From the NCBI GenBank assembly GCA_043228905.1, contig JBHGNT010000018.1, forward strand, positions 8,928,001 to 8,992,000: a stretch of DNA of 64,000 bases, in the 5' to 3' direction. The position numbers and the translations under genes are program-made. The first letter of the stretch is position 1. Each line of letters begins with the position of its first letter. This document shows, piece after piece, positions 51,616-64,000 of this stretch. The DNA comes from Azolla caroliniana. Its lineage: Eukaryota; Plantae; Polypodiophyta. The notes under the pieces are model-generated. The model had not been told where the DNA came from. It searched no databases and worked only from the letters and a program-made list of their open reading frames with translations.

Positions 51616-51668
51616 TGGAGATGCGGGGTATTGAAAATCTACTGCTCTACCATTTGAGCTACATCCCC
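51616..51668 (-). pseudogene. AGC-type tRNA-Ala pseudogene with the anticodon arm deleted
   Basis: Both ends retained, centre replaced or deleted. Confidence 0.8.
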
Positions 51669-54600
51669 AAACTTTTGCCTTCAGATTTTAAAAAGAGTAG
51701 AATGATATGTAACAGAGAATCCTTATAGATAAATCTTGGTTATAGACTGTAGCGAGCAAGAGAACGAAGAGATGTCTTCAATTCCTTACTCTTCAGCAAT
51801 TCCTTATTATAGCAATCCGAGTTGCAAAAGTGTGTTGCTTTGTCTACAATAGAAGCGGGATATATTGCATCCACTGAAGCTGCTGAAGAGATTTTATGGT
51901 CAAAAAGGTTTGTTTCAGATTTGGGCTTATATCAACTAACTTATGTAATCTTCTGTGACAGCCAAAGTGCTATAGATTTGACGAAGAACTTGATGTACCA
52001 TACTCGTATGAAACATTTTGATGTAAGGTATCATTGTTTGCGCTCTACAACTCAAGAAAATTCACACAGATGAAAATGTCGTTGACATATTGACGAAGCT
52101 ACTCTCAAAAGAAAAGCTTGAGCAATGTGTCAAGCTTGTTGGAATGAACACAAACTAAGTGCCTCAATGGAATCTTCTCCTATGTGGCCAAAGCAGAAGA
52201 TTATTAGGTTTCTTGTCCACATTATTAGTATGTAAATGGGCCTTGGATGCCCAAAATTGTATATTTTAAATATAGTGTGAAAATAGGTCACACAAGATGG
52301 AGTTACACATCTATACTCACTTTTTGACAGTGAGTTAAAAAGGAGAACACGAGCATTTTTTTGCAGCAAAGAAAATTTAACAAATTTTTGAGACCTCATA
52401 CTCTCGTCTTTGGCCCATTTCCTTCAGCGCTCTCAAGTACACCAGTACATACCAACATCTAGACATCACCGCCTCCGTTACTAGCCACATGTTGTGAGTT
52501 TTTGGGTGGTTGTTTTTGCGTCTTTTAGTTGGGTTTAATTGTGGAGGAAATCTCATATTCCTTTCCTTCTCATAGTACTCTAACTTGTTTAGAGTAGAAC
52601 TTTGGTGTATAAGATTTGCATTGATAGTGGATTATTTCTGGACTAGGTCCTGTGGTTTTTACCTCTTTGAGGGTTTTCCATGTTAAAAATTTGTGGTGTA
52701 TTGTGCATAGTGTTTGTTGTGTATCAAGTTCTTGTTTTCTTTTAATAATCTTGCACAACATCATTTCTGTCTACCATAAGTGATTAAGTGCTATTAAGTT
52801 TCCAATCATGTGCCCCATGATACTCCAGTTAGGGCATTGAACTACCAAACTACTTGTTTGGGAAATAAAAGCTACGAATTTAATACTTCATATTGAACTT
52901 AATATTAAATATATATCTACATATTTAGAGTTGTCTTTAACTATAAACAAATACTCATTGTTATGGATTTAGCATTAGAATTGTAATTTATACCACTTTT
53001 ACATCAAATTAGCGCTCTCAGGATTTGTCAAGATATGAATTGCTCATTTTGAGTATGGATTTATTGAAATTGAACGTGTTTTTATTAGAAGATTTTCCCT
53101 CTTCAACATTTAGAGTTACGATTAGGGTTTATTATGATATATGAATATGGGCATATATGAGCTTTGTTAAGATTTTTATGAAAAAATCTCATGATAGAAA
53201 AGTAGGATTCCATTCCCTTGAGTCAATTGCACCACTAACTTGCTAAACGCTCTACACTGGCTCTGTTAACACAATTTCTAATTCATCTACTTTGCCCCAT
53301 ACCAACACCTCTATTTCATGTTCTAACTCTCCTTGCATTTCCACGACCAACTCTTCTTCTTGTGCTCTTCTTACTTCACTTTCTAATGTTTTGCTCACCA
53401 ATAATGAAGATGTTTTCTTAATGCAATGCTAGGAAATGAGATTGTGAGTGACAAAAGAATGGGCAAAATTTTGATAAATTGTGATCAATATCATGGTATT
53501 CAGTTAGAGGGAGATATATTTAGCTTAGAGTTTAATGACATTGTCATTTTTTGATTCACCAGATCTCAAAATGAATATGGATGACCTAGGTTTAAACCTT
53601 GATCATTATGACAAGTAGTTCTACCAAGTGACATTTTACTCTTATTACCCTTTTTTTTTCAAAAAGATTTCCTTCATTAGTATTAAGAAAAGTACTTGAG
53701 GGGTATGGGTAGATAACTTTTACTTGTACTTTCTTGATGTTTTAATACTATTGAAGAAAATCTTTCAAGTAAAAATAAAAAATAAAAACTTCCTCGAGGG
53801 CTACAAAGATGTAAATCAGAGAGTATTATATACGAGAGAAATGCTCAGGGCAAGGACCAGGGGTATTTATATCTCCATAATGGTCCTTTAGAGGAGACTA
53901 TGAACAAAGGCAATTTCCTCGATAATTGCAATAATTTTTTGGTTTTCTTAAGAACAACCTCCGAAAAGCCTGGCATATTGTCATATTGCCCTGCACAACC
54001 GCCAATAAGCTCCCCCATCATTCCGGAAATATATCTAAGAGAAGAGGAATTATGGACCCATATCGTCTTTTACAACGATACTTCCATAATATCTATGATG
54101 TAACCATAGGTATTGTTTTCCATACATGGGTTGCACACATTTGCTTACAAGGTTGTTGAAAATGGGAGACAGTTGTTATGTACACATAACGTTGGTGAGG
54201 GTAGGTCACTAATATTTACATTAGTGAAGGGGATGTTCACTATTATTAAAAAGGGGACTAATGATTGGATAGAATGAATGATATGTGCATGCACTATCAT
54301 GATTTAGACAACCAATGAATAGAGAGCCTTTTAGAAAGGCACATCTATTCAAGGGGCCTAGGAAAAGGTATAAATATGAGGCTTAGCTACCCTCATAGGG
54401 ATCATCACGTCGGAAGGCTGCTGTCGTAGACACCGGTGGTGCGGGCTAGGCTTTCGTCTCGACGATCGTGTTTATCTCTTCCAAGGTATTAGTCATCCTA
54501 ATATCCGGCGGTATGGGACGTTGGTGGTAGGTTGGCTATGTCTAGATCATAGCTCGGGGGTGGTCGGGTGGAACGGGTTCTTCTATCCAATCTATTTTCT

Positions 54601-54899
54601 TCCTTTTTACTTGATTTGGTCTATTGATTAGTAATAGACTCTTAACAGTGGTATCAGAGCTTTTACTAACAATTTTTTTTGTTGTTTTGATGTTTTTTGC
54701 GTGTGAGCGAGGGGGATCTAACAAGGCTCGTCATGCTCTTCTCAGGATCAAAACAACACTCTAAACCCGGTATTCTTCTTTTTTGATCTCTTCTCTTTTT
54801 CTATTATGCGTTCTTTATGGTTGAATCAAATTGGTATTACGTTTTATTCTCTTTCTTTCTACCTCCTACTACGCTACGATTTTACTTATTATTATGCAT

Positions 54900-55420
54900 C
54901 GGGCCGAGCGTGTTTGCACTAATCGCACACGCTCAACTCATGGCCTTTTGCATATTGCGATATATATCCCACTCTCTCCTCTCTTGAACTCTTACGATAA
55001 TAATTATTCTTGTGCATTGGGTCGAGCGTGTTTGCTCTAATCGCACACGCTTATCTCATGGCCGTTTTGCATATGATGTTGAGTATACCACTCTTCCCCT
55101 CTATTGAGCCATCACTTGGCCGATTCTAAGGGATGATGTGGCCTTGACGAGGTGTATGTTGCCTACCTATGCCACTCTACTCTCTATTAAGCCATCAATT
55201 GGCCGATTCTATGGGATGTTGTGGCCTTGACAAGGTATATGTAGCTTACATATGCCACTTTCCTTTTTAATTAGCCATCAATTGGCCGATTCTAAGGGAT
55301 GATGTGGCCTTGACGAGGTATATGTCACTTACCTATGCCACTTTCCTCTTTAATTAGCCATTACTTGGCCGATTCTAGGGATATGTGGTGGTCTTGAGGA
55401 GGTGCATGTCAACTACCCTA
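54900..55420 (+). repeat. 5'-leader repeats: two hairpin units (119-bp period) and four 83-bp tandem units
   Basis: GAGCGTGT..ACACGCT at ~54906 and ~55025. 83-bp units at 55108, 55191, 55274 and 55357. Confidence 0.88.
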
Positions 55421-56409
55421 GGGTTTCGTATCTTAGGGCATGTTTCATTCCATACACCTAATTGTTGATTATTCTAATTAAATCTTAATTTCATAAGTAT
55501 TGTTTCACTTATATGATTTTCTAGTAATTATTATTTACCCGCCCACAATTAACTCTCCTTTTTCCACTTCCTTTTCATGTATAAAGTATTTACATCGTTT
55601 ATTTTTAATGTAACCTTTACGTGTAGACTATTTTTTTCGTATGGAGTGGCTTGTTGAACGATTTTTTTTCAACGGGTCATCTAGGTTTAACTCGTATCAT
55701 CAAGCCTTAGAAAACGAGTAAAACCATATGAGTTCCCTTATTGATGTTTTACTCATGGATTTGAGTATTACATCTTTGCGCACAACACCGTCATCACTTG
55801 TATCAATTTGTGGCTTATGTCACAATTGTGCAAGTTATAACAATCATATTGGGATGTATATGTGCATACATTGCACTTCCCATTTATTTGTGACATTGTT
55901 TTTTTCGTAGGTAACACATGGGTTCTTTTTTTTTTTTTTTTACCCTTGTTTTCGTCACTACTTAACTCTTATGAGTAGTGCCTTATTTTATCATTTTATC
56001 ATCACGTTTGCTTATTGCTCGCAAGACTAGAATATTACTTGTGAGTGCACTTGTTTTTTCACGTAATACACTTTCTCGACCATATAATACATGATGGGTT
56101 GGCATTAATATAAGGCTATCTAGGAAATTTCATTGATGTAAGAACCATGGTTGAGCCTCGGGGAGCCGCCATGATTACTCAAGATAGAGATCCGAGAAAT
56201 ACATCTTAGCTATGTTTTCCCCCATGGTTTTTAAAACACCATAGTGTTACCATAGTTATCGGATCTCGAATCACATCTCATATGTCTAGAGGGGTAAAGA
56301 CATGAGATACTTTCTTGGATAAAGTTCTTTCAATCAAAATTTCAAGCATTCATTTTGCTTGTGTATTTTCTGAACCTCCTTATTTTATTGCATACCCACA
56401 GTGTGCATC

Positions 56410-59400
56410 ATGGAACAAGTTTTGAACGCAGTTGGAACGATCTCTCCAAATGAGACCTCTCAACCCCAATCCGCATCTCGCACACAAGCTGAGATCACTA
56501 TTGAGCAATTGCTCACTACTACCTTGAATCAATTGGCCGAAATGAGACAGGCCAATATGGCATTGGAAAAGAAATTCCAAGAATTAACTATTGAGTCCAA
56601 GAAAGAAGGTGAACCTTCCTTCATAGTCACGCCTTTCAAGGGAGATAAGAAAGAAAGAACCGAGGAGGCCATTAGCACTTGGCTTGGTCGTTGGGAGTCT
56701 CACTTTGAGCTTCATCCCAAGCCCGATGCAGTAAAAATTGGTTATGTCGGTCGTGAGTTAGGTGGCCGAGCTGCTGCTTGGTGGCGTGGCCTAAGGACCG
56801 CAAAAAACTTACCCACAACTTGGGAAGGTTTCGTTGATGTTTTTAAGAAACAATTCTTGCAGCCACCTTCTCAAACCGAACAAGCGCAACACTTGCTCAC
56901 ATTGTCTAGTAAGCCATTTACCTCTCTCGAGGATTATGTGCATCACGCACGGACCCAGATCCAAAAATCGGGACTTACGGGTGAGAAATGGTTTGTCGCT
57001 TGTTTTTTGAATGGTATTCCCAATGGGGATTATCATTGGATTGTCCATGACAAGGACCCCACAACTTTCGAGGAAGCCGTCAACATTGTGCTGCGATACC
57101 ATAGGACTTCCAAGAAAGACCACAATAAACCTGAGTTCGCCAAAACTCCGAATGTCAAGTTCATTGGGAAACGTAAGCAATCCAGTGACACTCTTGACCG
57201 CGACTCAAAGAAACCGAACCTCTTCTGTGCATATTGCAAGAAGCGGGGCCACACAAAGGATACCTGTCGTCGTCTTGAGAGGAAGTCAATGAACACCCCT
57301 CCTCAAGACAAATCTACGAGTCACACAGGTGAGTCTTTTGATATTGTTGAAGTTCATACCAATCACTTAAGTTTATGTGAATGCACTTTTCCTTCACATT
57401 TACTTGGACCTAATGATTTACTCCGAGCAGTCGGATATATCAATGGAACACAAGCACATTTCTTGTTTGATTCCGGTAGTTCTCACAATTTTCTTAATGA
57501 TCACTTTGTGCAGCAAATGGAGCTCCACATAAACGCAAGTGATCATATCTATCAAGTTCACATGGCAAATGGAAACGTTCAATACATCAATGGCATTGTT
57601 TGTCAACTGCCAATTCAAATAGATACTTATTTGGAGAAGCTTGACTTTCATGTTATGAAATTACAATCCGCAGATGTCATTTTAGGATATCCTTGGTTTT
57701 TTAATAAAAACCCTTCTTTGTCCATTGATTGGGTTAATCACTCAATCACATTTGAACTTAATAATTGTAAACATTTTATTCAATGTTCCAAACTTCCTTC
57801 TCATTCACTTGTGTCTTCTAAATCTTTAAGTGAGTATTCTAGTTCATTAATTTATTCGTGTGTAATTGATCCTGCGGTTCAATTTTATTATTTTAATATT
57901 GACGCCACACAATTACCACATTTTGAGCAACGATTACTCGACTCTATTTTAGAGGATTTTCAAGATGTGTTTCCTACTGAATTACCGCTTACTTTACCAC
58001 CTAAACGTAATGTGGACCATCAAATTGAACTCATCCCTGGGGCTGCTCCTGTGAGCATTCCACCTTACCGACTTAGTCGATTAGAAGAGGATGAGATCGC
58101 TAAACAACTTAAGGAATACTTGAGTATGGGCCACATTAGGTATAGTAAATCACCTTGGGGTGCGCCAGTTCTATTAGTCAAGAAGAAGGAAGGTTCGTGG
58201 CGAATGTGTATCAATTATCGCCGTTTGAATAAAATGACAATTAAGAATGCATATCCATTACCTCGTGCCGATGATTTGATTGATCGTTTGCACGGGGCTC
58301 GATATTTTACGAAAATTGACTTACGAACTGGTTATCATCAGATTCGCATCACCGAGGATGATATTCCTAAAACCGCTTTTCGTACGCGCTATGGCCATTA
58401 TGAGTTTTTAGTCATGCCGTTTGGGTTGACTAATGCTCCAGCCACATTCCAACAAGCGATGAATGATGTTTTCCGAGATCAACTCGGTGATTTTGTTGTC
58501 GTCTTCTTGGATGATATTTTGATATATAGCCGTACCTTGCAAGATCATGTTCAACATGTTCGATTTGTTTTGCGAAAGTTGCGTGACAACTCTTTCTATG
58601 CAAAACATTCAAAATGTGACTTCTTCCAAAAATCTATTGTGTACCTAGGTCATTTAATTACAGAAAATGGCGTTGAAATTGAACCTTCTCGTATTGAAAA
58701 GGTTAAACTTTGGCCCATTCCTCGTAATATTCGTGAACTTAGATCATTCTTAGGGTTTGTTGGATTTTTACGAAAATCAATTCGTAACTATTCCAAATTG
58801 ACTACGCCATTAACTGACCTTTTAAAAGGTCATCCACGTAAGTCTGTCAAACCAATTTCATGGAATGAACAACTTGACAAATCATTTGAGACACTCAAGG
58901 AGCATGTGTGTCAGGCTCCCACTCTTCTATTACCAGACCCTTCTAAGCCTTTCTCAATTGAAACCGATGCTAGTGATTATGCTATTGGTGCCGTTCTTTA
59001 TCAAGGTGGTCACCCTATCGCTTTTGAAAGTAAGAAGCTTGATGCTGCTCAATCTCGGTATTCGGTTCAAGAGAAAGAGTTGTTTGCGGTGATACACGCA
59101 CTTAAAACATGGAGGCACTATCTCTATGGAAATAAATTTGTGGTTACAACAGACCATCAATCATTAAAGTATTTTTGTGACCAGCCCGATCTTGTTGGTC
59201 GTAAAGGCCGTTGGGCTGACCTTATGCAAGATTTTGATTTTTCCATACGATATCGCAAGGGTTCTATGAACACCGTTGCTGATGCTCTTAGTCGCATTAA
59301 AGAAGTTAACATGCTTAGCTTCACGGAAATAAAATCTGATCTTTTAGATCACCTTCGAGGGAAATACCTTGATGACAGTTATTTCTCAAAATACTGGACG

Positions 59401-60813
59401 AAAGCCGAATCTGGTTTAGATGCCGATACTAGCACCCTACCCTCGAAGGCGACCTTTCACATTACAAACGGTTTGCTCTACCGTAGTGGAAAGGTCTGTG
59501 TTCCAGATTTACCAAATGTTAAACAGAAAATTTTTCATGAATGTCATGATGCACCATCTGCTGGTCATCCTGGAATACAACGCACACTCGTTCTCATCTC
59601 GTGTACTTTTTTCTGGCCTAAGATGCGCTCTAACGTGCATAAATACGTAACTCAATGCTTACAATGTCAGATTAATAAGTCGGAACGACTTAAAGCTGCT
59701 GGTCTTTTACATCCCTTAGATATTCCCAACAATAAATGGGAAAGTATCTCGATGGATTTTATTGTTAGTTTACCTCGTACACAGAGGGGTCATGATGCCA
59801 TATGGGTTGTCGTTGACAGGCTAACAAAATTAGCTAGATTTATTCCTACAAAAACCACGGTAACCGCTCAACAGTTGGCTTATCAATTTGTTGATGAGTT
59901 ATTTCATTTTTATGGATTACCGATGGATATTGTTAGTGATCGAGATTCCAAGTTTACTAGTGACTTTTGGACTCAGGTCTTTAAGAAACTAGAAACTACG
60001 TTGAGCATGAGTTCCGCAGATCATCCTCAGTCTGATGGACAAACTGAACGAGTTAATCAAATTATTGAGGACATGCTTCGAGCTTATGTAGCAAAAACCC
60101 CTTCTAAGTGGGAGCAATACCTTCCTATCTTAGAATTTGCCTATAATAGCTCTAAACATACATCCACTGGATATAGTCCTTTTATGTTGATGTATGGTTT
60201 TCAGCCACGTGCCCCAGTTGATGTCACGATTCATCGTGATACATTAGACAGTACACACAATTTTTTGCAAGACATGAACCAAATGTTGCATATTGCCAAA
60301 GAAAATGTCAAGACAGCTCAAGATCGTGCTCGATTTTATGCTGATCAGGATAGACGTCCTCGTGCATTTACTATTGGTCAAAAAGTTTTTTTGCGTGTCC
60401 CGACTGATTCTACGTCATTATCTACGGGCAAGTGCGCTAAGTTAGCCCCACGATATTGTGGCCCATTTGAAATCCTTAAGCGAGTTGGGTCATCTGCTTA
60501 TCACCTTGCCTTACCTCGTAACGTTGGTATTCATCCTGTTTTTCACGTCAGTCGTCTAAAACCATTTTTAGGCTCTGGTGATAACACCATCATAATCCAA
60601 GATCTTGTAACATTAGAGGATTTTTCTTACAAACCTCATGTTCCTGAACGAATTCTTGATTTTCGTACTAAACGTTTACGTTCTAAAGAGATTCGGCTAT
60701 TCAAGATCAAATGGATGGATAAACCTATTGATGATGCCACATGGGAACGCGAGCATTCGCTTAAGGCACAATTTCCTCACTTTATATTGCAAGAGTGCAA
60801 TCTTTTGAAGTAG
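56410..60813 (+). CDS. Gag-Pol polyprotein (gag, CCHC, protease, RT, RNase H, integrase, chromodomain), uninterrupted
   Basis: [61 protein letters not shown] and PERILD..IKW..DATWE motifs. Confidence 0.96.
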   Translation: MEQVLNAVGTISPNETSQPQSASRTQAEITIEQLLTTTLNQLAEMRQANMALEKKFQELTIESKKEGEPSFIVTPFKGDKKERTEEAISTWLGRWESHFELHPKPDAVKIGYVGRELGGRAAAWWRGLRTAKNLPTTWEGFVDVFKKQFLQPPSQTEQAQHLLTLSSKPFTSLEDYVHHARTQIQKSGLTGEKWFVACFLNGIPNGDYHWIVHDKDPTTFEEAVNIVLRYHRTSKKDHNKPEFAKTPNVKFIGKRKQSSDTLDRDSKKPNLFCAYCKKRGHTKDTCRRLERKSMNTPPQDKSTSHTGESFDIVEVHTNHLSLCECTFPSHLLGPNDLLRAVGYINGTQAHFLFDSGSSHNFLNDHFVQQMELHINASDHIYQVHMANGNVQYINGIVCQLPIQIDTYLEKLDFHVMKLQSADVILGYPWFFNKNPSLSIDWVNHSITFELNNCKHFIQCSKLPSHSLVSSKSLSEYSSSLIYSCVIDPAVQFYYFNIDATQLPHFEQRLLDSILEDFQDVFPTELPLTLPPKRNVDHQIELIPGAAPVSIPPYRLSRLEEDEIAKQLKEYLSMGHIRYSKSPWGAPVLLVKKKEGSWRMCINYRRLNKMTIKNAYPLPRADDLIDRLHGARYFTKIDLRTGYHQIRITEDDIPKTAFRTRYGHYEFLVMPFGLTNAPATFQQAMNDVFRDQLGDFVVVFLDDILIYSRTLQDHVQHVRFVLRKLRDNSFYAKHSKCDFFQKSIVYLGHLITENGVEIEPSRIEKVKLWPIPRNIRELRSFLGFVGFLRKSIRNYSKLTTPLTDLLKGHPRKSVKPISWNEQLDKSFETLKEHVCQAPTLLLPDPSKPFSIETDASDYAIGAVLYQGGHPIAFESKKLDAAQSRYSVQEKELFAVIHALKTWRHYLYGNKFVVTTDHQSLKYFCDQPDLVGRKGRWADLMQDFDFSIRYRKGSMNTVADALSRIKEVNMLSFTEIKSDLLDHLRGKYLDDSYFSKYWTKAESGLDADTSTLPSKATFHITNGLLYRSGKVCVPDLPNVKQKIFHECHDAPSAGHPGIQRTLVLISCTFFWPKMRSNVHKYVTQCLQCQINKSERLKAAGLLHPLDIPNNKWESISMDFIVSLPRTQRGHDAIWVVVDRLTKLARFIPTKTTVTAQQLAYQFVDELFHFYGLPMDIVSDRDSKFTSDFWTQVFKKLETTLSMSSADHPQSDGQTERVNQIIEDMLRAYVAKTPSKWEQYLPILEFAYNSSKHTSTGYSPFMLMYGFQPRAPVDVTIHRDTLDSTHNFLQDMNQMLHIAKENVKTAQDRARFYADQDRRPRAFTIGQKVFLRVPTDSTSLSTGKCAKLAPRYCGPFEILKRVGSSAYHLALPRNVGIHPVFHVSRLKPFLGSGDNTIIIQDLVTLEDFSYKPHVPERILDFRTKRLRSKEIRLFKIKWMDKPIDDATWEREHSLKAQFPHFILQECNLLK

Positions 60814-62029
60814 GGGAGTATGTTATGTACACATAACGTTGGTGAGGGTAGGTCACTAATATTTACATTAGTGAAGGGGATGTTCACTATTATTAAAAAG
60901 GGGACTAATGATTGGATAGAATGAATGATATGTGCATGCACTATCATGATTTAGACAACCAATGAATAGAGAGCCTTTTAGAAAGGCACATCTATTCAAG
61001 GGGCCTAGGAAAAGGTATAAATATGAGGCTTAGCTACCCTCATAGGGATCATCACGTCGGAAGGTTGTTGTCGTAGACACCGGTGGTGCGGGCTAGGCTT
61101 TCGTCTCGACGATCGTGTTTATCTCTTCCAAGGTATTAGTCATCCTAATATCCGGCGGTATGGGACGTTGGTGGTAGGTTGGCTATGTTTAGATCATAGC
61201 TCGGGGGTGGTCGGGTGGAACGGGTTCTTCTATCCAATCTATTTTCTTCCTTTTTACTTGATTTGGTCTATTGATTAGTAATAGACTCTTAACAACAGTA
61301 ATGAAATGTATGTTGATGACTGGTATAGCCTCCGGAGCATCATCTGTTTCATCCAACAGGAGACATGAATGAAGAACCCCCCATACCGTTGATCCCCAAG
61401 AGAAGAGGCAACCTACATTAATTGTCAGGAATAAAGAGATAACTTTAATGGTCTATTGAGCATGACTAGAGAGCATGCTTATTAGTTTCCTGCATGTCAC
61501 CTCAATAACAACATTGTCTAAGACTAGTTGCCACATCTCCTTTCAATGACCAACCTACTAGTATTGTTGCATATAGTAAAAGCCATCTGAAGTGAATATA
61601 TTTGGTTGGTCCCTTGAAAGACCAAATCCATGTCCAATATGCCTTCAACTCAGTGCTTCACACACCCCACTTATTCCAGTGCATATGAGCTACATGAGTT
61701 GGAATATTCTTAGACATGAGTAACGTTCTGACCAATTTCACATTGTACACGACAAAACCATTCTTGTATATATTTCAAAATGGCTATTCGATTTAATTAA
61801 AGGATATTCAACAATTCTCACAAATATTTCCATTGTCGAGCATTAGACTATGAGCCTCCCTCTAGTTGAGCATAGAACTATGAGCCTTGGTCTGGCTTCC
61901 TAAGTGTGACAACCACAATTTATGCTTTCTCTCCGCTCATTTGGAGAACAGGTCTATTGGATTTGGACTAATGGAGCTGAGATAGTTTGCGATAAGCTAT
62001 TAATGCTTAAATTTCTCATGAGAGAAAAT

Positions 62030-62102
62030 TGGAGGTGTGGGGTATCAATCCGCATACCTCTTGCATGCTAAGCAAGCGCTCTACCGTTTGAGCTACATCC
62101 CC
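62030..62102 (-). pseudogene. tRNA-Ala(AGC) pseudogene
   Basis: 73 nt with anticodon loop TTAGCAT and many CpG-type changes. Confidence 0.85.
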
Positions 62103-62942
62103 AATCTTTTGCCTTCATATTTTAAAAAGAGTAGAATGACATGTAACAAAGAATGCTTATTTATAAATCTAGGTAATAGACTATAGTAATAGTTGTTTCC
62201 AAATCTCAAAAGTAATCCCGAGAGGTCACGTTTAAATTAATACAGTTGTGATAATGCGATCAACTTCGTACATCCGGTACGCCAAGCATGCAGTTTAGGT
62301 TTGAGAATCAACCAATATTTTTTTTTGTACAACATTGTTATTATATTTGTGAATCGAATTGCCAGGTGAAGTTTCAAAGTTAATAGATTTATCTCTAGAT
62401 TTTTCTTGATACGTTTGTACGAATATGAATGACGACATGGGCATCGATCCTTCCGAGATGGTCCTCAAGCAAATCAGAATAACATTCTTGACATGAAGAG
62501 ACTTAAAGATTATCCGCATCATATTTAGAATTATTCGCATTTAATTCAAGTACGAGTAAAATTTAAATATAATTAGCATGTTATAATAGTTTTTCCTTTT
62601 AAATTCTACTGTTAATTTCCTCAACTCAAATTCTAACTAGTATATTTGTAGTAACACAAAATTTAGAAATTGGCTATCAAGCTTGTATTTCACGCACGCG
62701 ACGAAACAATTCTTTTATATATTTCAAATGGCTATTTGATTTAATGAAACGATTTTCAACAATTCTCACTAATATTTCCGTCGTTGAGCATTAGACTATG
62801 AGCCTTCTTCTGGCTTCCTAAGTGTGACATCCACAATATATGCTTTCTCTCTGCTTATTTGGAGAACAGGTCGGTTGGATTTGGACTAGTGGAGCTCAAA
62901 TAGTTTGAGTTAGGCTATTAATGCTTAAATTTGTCATGAGAG

Positions 62943-63003
62943 GTATCGATCCCCATACCTCTCGCATACTTAGCGAGTGGTGTACCATTTGACCTACATC
63001 CCC
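62943..63003 (-). pseudogene. 3'-truncated AGC-type tRNA-Ala pseudogene
   Basis: Acceptor 3' strand deleted, anticodon mutated. Confidence 0.8.
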
Positions 63004-63447
63004 AAAACTTTTTCCTTCACATTTTAAAAAGAGTAGAATGACATGGAACAGAGAATGCTTATTTATAACTCTAGGTAATAGGTTGTACTAATAGTTCTTT
63101 TCAAAATCTTAAAAGTAATCGCACGAGGTGACTTTTAAATTTATATGGTTGTGATAATGCCATCAACTTCGTAGTTCCGGTACGCCAAGCATGCAGTTTA
63201 GGTTTGAGAATCGACCAATATTCTTTTTTGTGCAACATTGTTATTATATTTGTGAATCGAATTTCTAGGTGAAGTTTAGAAGTTAAGAGCTTTATTTCTA
63301 GTTTCTCCTGATACGTTTGTACGAATACGAATGACGACATGGGCATCGACCCTAACGAGATCGTCCTCAAGCAAATCAGAATAACATTCTTGACAGGAAG
63401 AGACTTAAAGCTTATCTTTCCATTTAGTAATTCGTAATGATACAAAA

Positions 63448-63520
63448 TGGAGAAGAGGGGTATCGATCCCCATGCCTCTCGCATGCAAAGCGAGCGCTCT
63501 AACATGTGAGCTACATCCCC
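63448..63520 (-). tRNA. tRNA-Ala(TGC), near-intact but D-loop GG mutated, so probably a pseudogene
   Basis: GGGGATGTAGCTCACATGTTAGAGCGCTCGCTTTGCATGCGAGAGGCATGGGGATCGATACCCCTCTTCTCCA. Confidence 0.8.
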
Positions 63521-63771
63521 AGTATATTTAGAATTCTTCGCATTTAATCCAAATACAAGTAGAATCTTCGCATTTAGAATTTACATATAATTAGCATGTT
63601 ATAATAGATTTTCGTTTTAAATTCTACTGTTAATTTTCTCAACTGAAATTCTAACTAGTATATTTGTAGTGACAGAAAATTTAGAAATTAGCTATCAAAC
63701 TTGTATTTCACGCATGCGACTAATGGAGTTGAGATAGACTATTAATGCTTACATTTGTCATGAGAGGAAAT

Positions 63772-63818
63772 TGGAGATGCGGGGTATCGATCCTCGTACC
63801 TTTTGCATGCTAAGCGAG
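63772..63818 (-). pseudogene. 3' two-thirds of tRNA-Ala(AGC), interrupted by an LTR
   Basis: The tRNA sequence stops at TGTCAAGA (63819). Confidence 0.8.
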
Positions 63819-63914
63819 TGTCAAGATCAATACTAAGATAGAGAAGGAATTAGTACTAAAAGATGAGGATTAGTACTAAGAGAGGTATAGAACTCTCGAG
63901 AGAAGGAAAGAGTG

Positions 63915-63959
<45 letters not shown>

Positions 63960-64000
63960 GTGAGAGAATGATGATAAAAGATATATATTATGTGAAGAGA
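63819..64000 (-). mobile_element. End of an LTR, probably Tcn1-like, running off the window
   Basis: TGTCA terminus, TCAATACTAAGA shared with the LTR end at 35004, and an (AG)n tract. Confidence 0.6.

Larger units (their letters stand above)
47915..51750 (-). repeat. Tandem array of a ~1.02-kb unit carrying tRNA-Ala(TGC) and tRNA-Ala(AGC), block 1
   Basis: Same-type tRNAs lie 1018 bp apart (50096 to 51114; 50598 to 51616), alternating every ~500 bp with conserved spacers. Confidence 0.93.
54174..61294 (+). mobile_element. Intact, young Ty3/Gypsy chromovirus (Reina/Tekay/Galadriel-like): LTRs 54174-54647 and 60821-61294, iMet PBS 54649-54660
   Basis: TSD ACAGT. The 474-bp LTRs differ at only about 3 C/T sites by eye. 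PPT GAAGTAGGGGAG. The empty site is at ~47444. Confidence 0.97.
51755..63818 (+). repeat. Segmental duplicate of ~41275-51750 (Copia RNase H end and LTR, flank, LINE relic, tRNA array), interrupted by the Gypsy at 54174-61294
   Basis: Collinear similarity. Duplicate ORFs 41286/51822, 41594/52130 and 42034/52570 are offset by 10536 bp. Confidence 0.93.
61750..63818 (-). repeat. tRNA-Ala tandem array, block 2
   Basis: Same unit as block 1, with deletions. Confidence 0.92.

Noticed and set aside
47915-51750. tRNA-Ala copies as SINE insertions
   Set aside because: Upstream flanks are co-duplicated, periodicity is regular, and there are no tails or TSDs.

Overview
Eukaryotic, AT-rich land-plant DNA, probably from a non-seed plant given the Tcn1-like chromoviruses. 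The window is dominated by nested, mostly decayed retroelements: Tcn1-like and other Ty3/Gypsy elements, several Ty1/Copia elements, L1-type and RTE-like LINEs, and a non-autonomous LTR element with a tRNA-Trp PBS. One host gene is present: an intact 9-exon, 523-aa multi-pass membrane protein of the At2g12400/At1g71110 (Tweety/prominin-like) family on the minus strand at 8910-12867. One element is young and intact: a chromovirus at 54174-61294 with a single gag-pol ORF, near-identical LTRs and TSD ACAGT. Three things stand out. (1) A tandem array of a ~1.02-kb unit carries alternating tRNA-Ala(AGC) and tRNA-Ala(TGC) genes or pseudogenes (about 47.9-51.7 kb and 61.75-63.8 kb) inside a larger segmental duplication. 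(2) Four different LTR families carry an antisense tRNA-like A-box/B-box cassette with exact tRNA spacing near the start of U3; in the three Tcn1-like families it is followed by long heat-shock-element arrays and a TATA box, and one shows an 11-nt Tf1-type self-primer. (3) The non-autonomous LTR element holds an array of hairpin-forming repeats and shares its LTR terminus with a coding Gypsy family nearby. All coordinates were read by eye and may be off by a few bases.
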